A stretch of 64,000 nt of DNA from Eledone cirrhosa (lineage: Eukaryota): assembly GCA_964016885.1 (NCBI GenBank), contig OZ024743.1:310186001-310250000 (forward strand). The letters are read 5' to 3'. This document shows, in pieces, positions 61,542 to 64,000 of this stretch (positions are counted from its first letter, which is position 1; every line of letters starts with the position of its first letter). The notes under the pieces were generated by a model. It saw only the letters and a program-made list of their open reading frames with translations, was not told the origin of the DNA and did no database searches. Position numbers and translations under genes: made by a program.

Positions 61542-61545
<4 letters not shown>
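60140..61545. other. G/T-rich strand-asymmetric low-complexity segment
   Basis: Many G3-G9 runs and gtgttagt motifs; ~70-bp duplication at 61070-61220; (TA)n flanks. Confidence 0.7.
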
Positions 61546-61581
<36 letters not shown>

Positions 61582-62104
61582 CGTCCAGAAATAGCCGTCG
61601 AATCGGCTTGAGCTCTGCCGTCGGGGTCATACATTCTCATATGTATATATATAATGTGTAACGTTTATCGAAATATATAATTCTGTGTTCACAGATTGAT
61701 TTTTTTAATTTCAGAAGATCCCGTTAAGGGAAAACCGGACGTAAAATGATGATGATGATGATGATGATATTATTATATAATATATATATATAACATATAT
61801 ATACATTATATATATATATATTTATATAATATATATATATAATATAAATATAATATATATATGTAATATATATGTAATATATATATAGTATATATATATA
61901 TTATATATATATATATATATAATATATATATACATAATATATACATAATATATACATAATATATATATATAACATAATATATATATATAACATATATATA
62001 TATATTATATATATATAATATATATAACATATATATAATATATATTAATATAATATATATATATAATATATATATAAAACATATATAATGTATTTCGTTT
62101 CTGA

Positions 62105-62109
<5 letters not shown>

Positions 62110-62184
<75 letters not shown>

Positions 62185-62355
62185 TATATATCTTATATAT
62201 ATATTATATATGATGATATTTGTTTTTGAAATGCGCATAATAAAATACTTGGAACATTTTTAACACTTTCTTGATCTTATATTACATATATATATATATC
62301 TTATATATATTATATTTATATATATTATATATAATGTATATATTATATATATATA

Positions 62356-62408
<53 letters not shown>

Positions 62409-62597
62409 ATACGATATTAACAAATGGAAACTATATAATATAGAGCAGTTTAATAATATTGACATACCCTTAAAGAATGCAACCATTACTGTTGGAAGCT
62501 GCCGGAGCTTCCAACAGTAATGGTTGCATTCTTTAAGGGTATGTCAATACTATAAAATTGCTCTATATTATATAGTTTCCATTTGTTAATATCGTAT

Positions 62598-62628
<31 letters not shown>

Positions 62629-62781
62629 TTATATATAATATATATAAATATCATATATATAAGATATATATATATATGTAATATAAGATCAAGAAATGGT
62701 TAAAAGTGTTCCAAGTATTTTATTAAGCGCATTTCAAAAACAAATATCATCATATATAATATATATATTAGATATATATAT

Positions 62782-62845
<64 letters not shown>
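62110..62845. repeat. ~735-bp imperfect palindrome centred near 62502
   Basis: Inner arms are Naiad-1 3' termini; outer arms include (TA)n, (TG)n/(CA)n and a unique ~80-bp segment. Confidence 0.85.
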
Positions 62846-62849
<4 letters not shown>

Positions 62850-62948
62850 AATGAAGTAATTCCGTCGGAAAATTCCAGGAAAAAAGAGTGCTCTATGTAA
62901 GCAACAGAGCTTAATTATTATTATGTAATAAACAACATAAGGCAATTA

Positions 62949-63007
62949 TTCCATTTACCAGTGGTTTCTTAAAAGCAAAAGGTTTTGCTTTCAATCCTCA
63001 GAATGAA
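62949..63007 (-). ncRNA. Type I hammerhead ribozyme
   Basis: ttcatt CTGAGGA ttgaaagcaaaa cc ttttgcttttaa GAA ACC act GGT A aatgga. Confidence 0.8.
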
Positions 63008-63136
63008 AAAATCCTGGTTTGTTTATTGAATTTGGATCTTAAAAACAAAAAAGCAAGCTATATGAAAGTGAGGCTGGAGAAGGAAGAAGGAAAGGAAAAA
63101 TAAAATAAGACTACACATACACGAAAAAACATAAAG

Positions 63137-63186
<50 letters not shown>

Positions 63187-63233
63187 ACACACACATACAC
63201 ACACACACACATACACACACACGCATACACACA

Positions 63234-63345
63234 CGTTATTCCGGGTTGAATCGGAGGCAGCCATAGTAAGCAAGGCACTCAGTACACCGCAGAGCATGAA
63301 AGTTTTAATATAGAAGAGAATCTGTATATGTATACAAACACATAA

Positions 63346-63378
<33 letters not shown>

Positions 63379-63735
63379 CATGTGTATGCGCGCACGCACG
63401 CATGCGTATACAAATATAAATATATTTCCCCCATATACATGTGTGTGCGTGCATGCGCGCAAATGGCGCATGCGTACGCGTGCCGATGGGTGCGCGCGAG
63501 TGTATGAGAGGGTATGTTCTGTTGAAAGTGTCTCGTGAATTTATGGCTACAGTTGTATAGATTATACTTAGAAATTGTCTACAGAATTCCCTAAACCTTC
63601 GTCAATTTACTAGAACCCTTAAGAATTTAGCTTTTAAGGAATCTCCCCTTCCTCCAAATCTATCTACCAGGACTGACCCCATACTGATCTTACAGACACC
63701 TGTAAGCTAAAGAGAAACCTAATGATAAGGATTGG
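63234..63735. mobile_element. Diverged family D fragments
   Basis: 63234-63325 matches 31949-32040; 63560-63735 resembles 45300-45470. Confidence 0.6.
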
Positions 63736-63799
63736 CTCCAATCTGAATACAGAAATCTGTCTGCCTTTTTTCCTCTAAAAACAAACATATACAAACATT

Positions 63800-63857
<58 letters not shown>

Positions 63858-63880
63858 TATCTACACACACACACGCATAC

Positions 63881-63933
<53 letters not shown>

Positions 63934-64000
63934 TGCATATATACACACACATACACACACACACACACATACATACACGCATATATATACATATATATAT

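Noticed and set aside
63440-63500. NRF1/YY1-like motifs
   Set aside because: Inside degenerate CA/TG/CG dinucleotide sequence where such matches arise by chance

Overview
AT-rich eukaryotic non-genic DNA with no recognisable host exon; the tRNA-derived SINE resembles, from memory, a SINE of octopod cephalopods, so that origin is likely but unverified. The window is a mosaic of long (TA)n microsatellites carrying Penelope-like retroelements (PLEs: RT plus GIY-YIG endonuclease) and their non-coding derivatives. These include several Naiad-type families, a Neptune-type element (33.0-37.5 kb) and a young family A as a 7.7-kb inverted/tandem composite (20.5-28.2 kb) with further copies. By eye I read about 35 type-I hammerhead ribozyme (HHR) motifs from more than a dozen sequence families. 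They include a ~318-bp tandem retrozyme with a U3:A8 core and covarying stems, HHRs with very long stem II, and U4/A6 core variants. Most inserts have 3' ends fused to (TA)n at internal ATAT/TAT microhomologies. Many are head-to-head palindromes or chimeras of different families, with junctions repeatedly in or beside the HHR. This suggests internally primed cDNA that stops at the ribozyme and then jumps template. Also present: six tRNA-SINE copies and a nested/tandem non-autonomous Helitron cluster (54.4-60.1 kb). All alignments and RNA folds were done by eye; boundaries are approximate.
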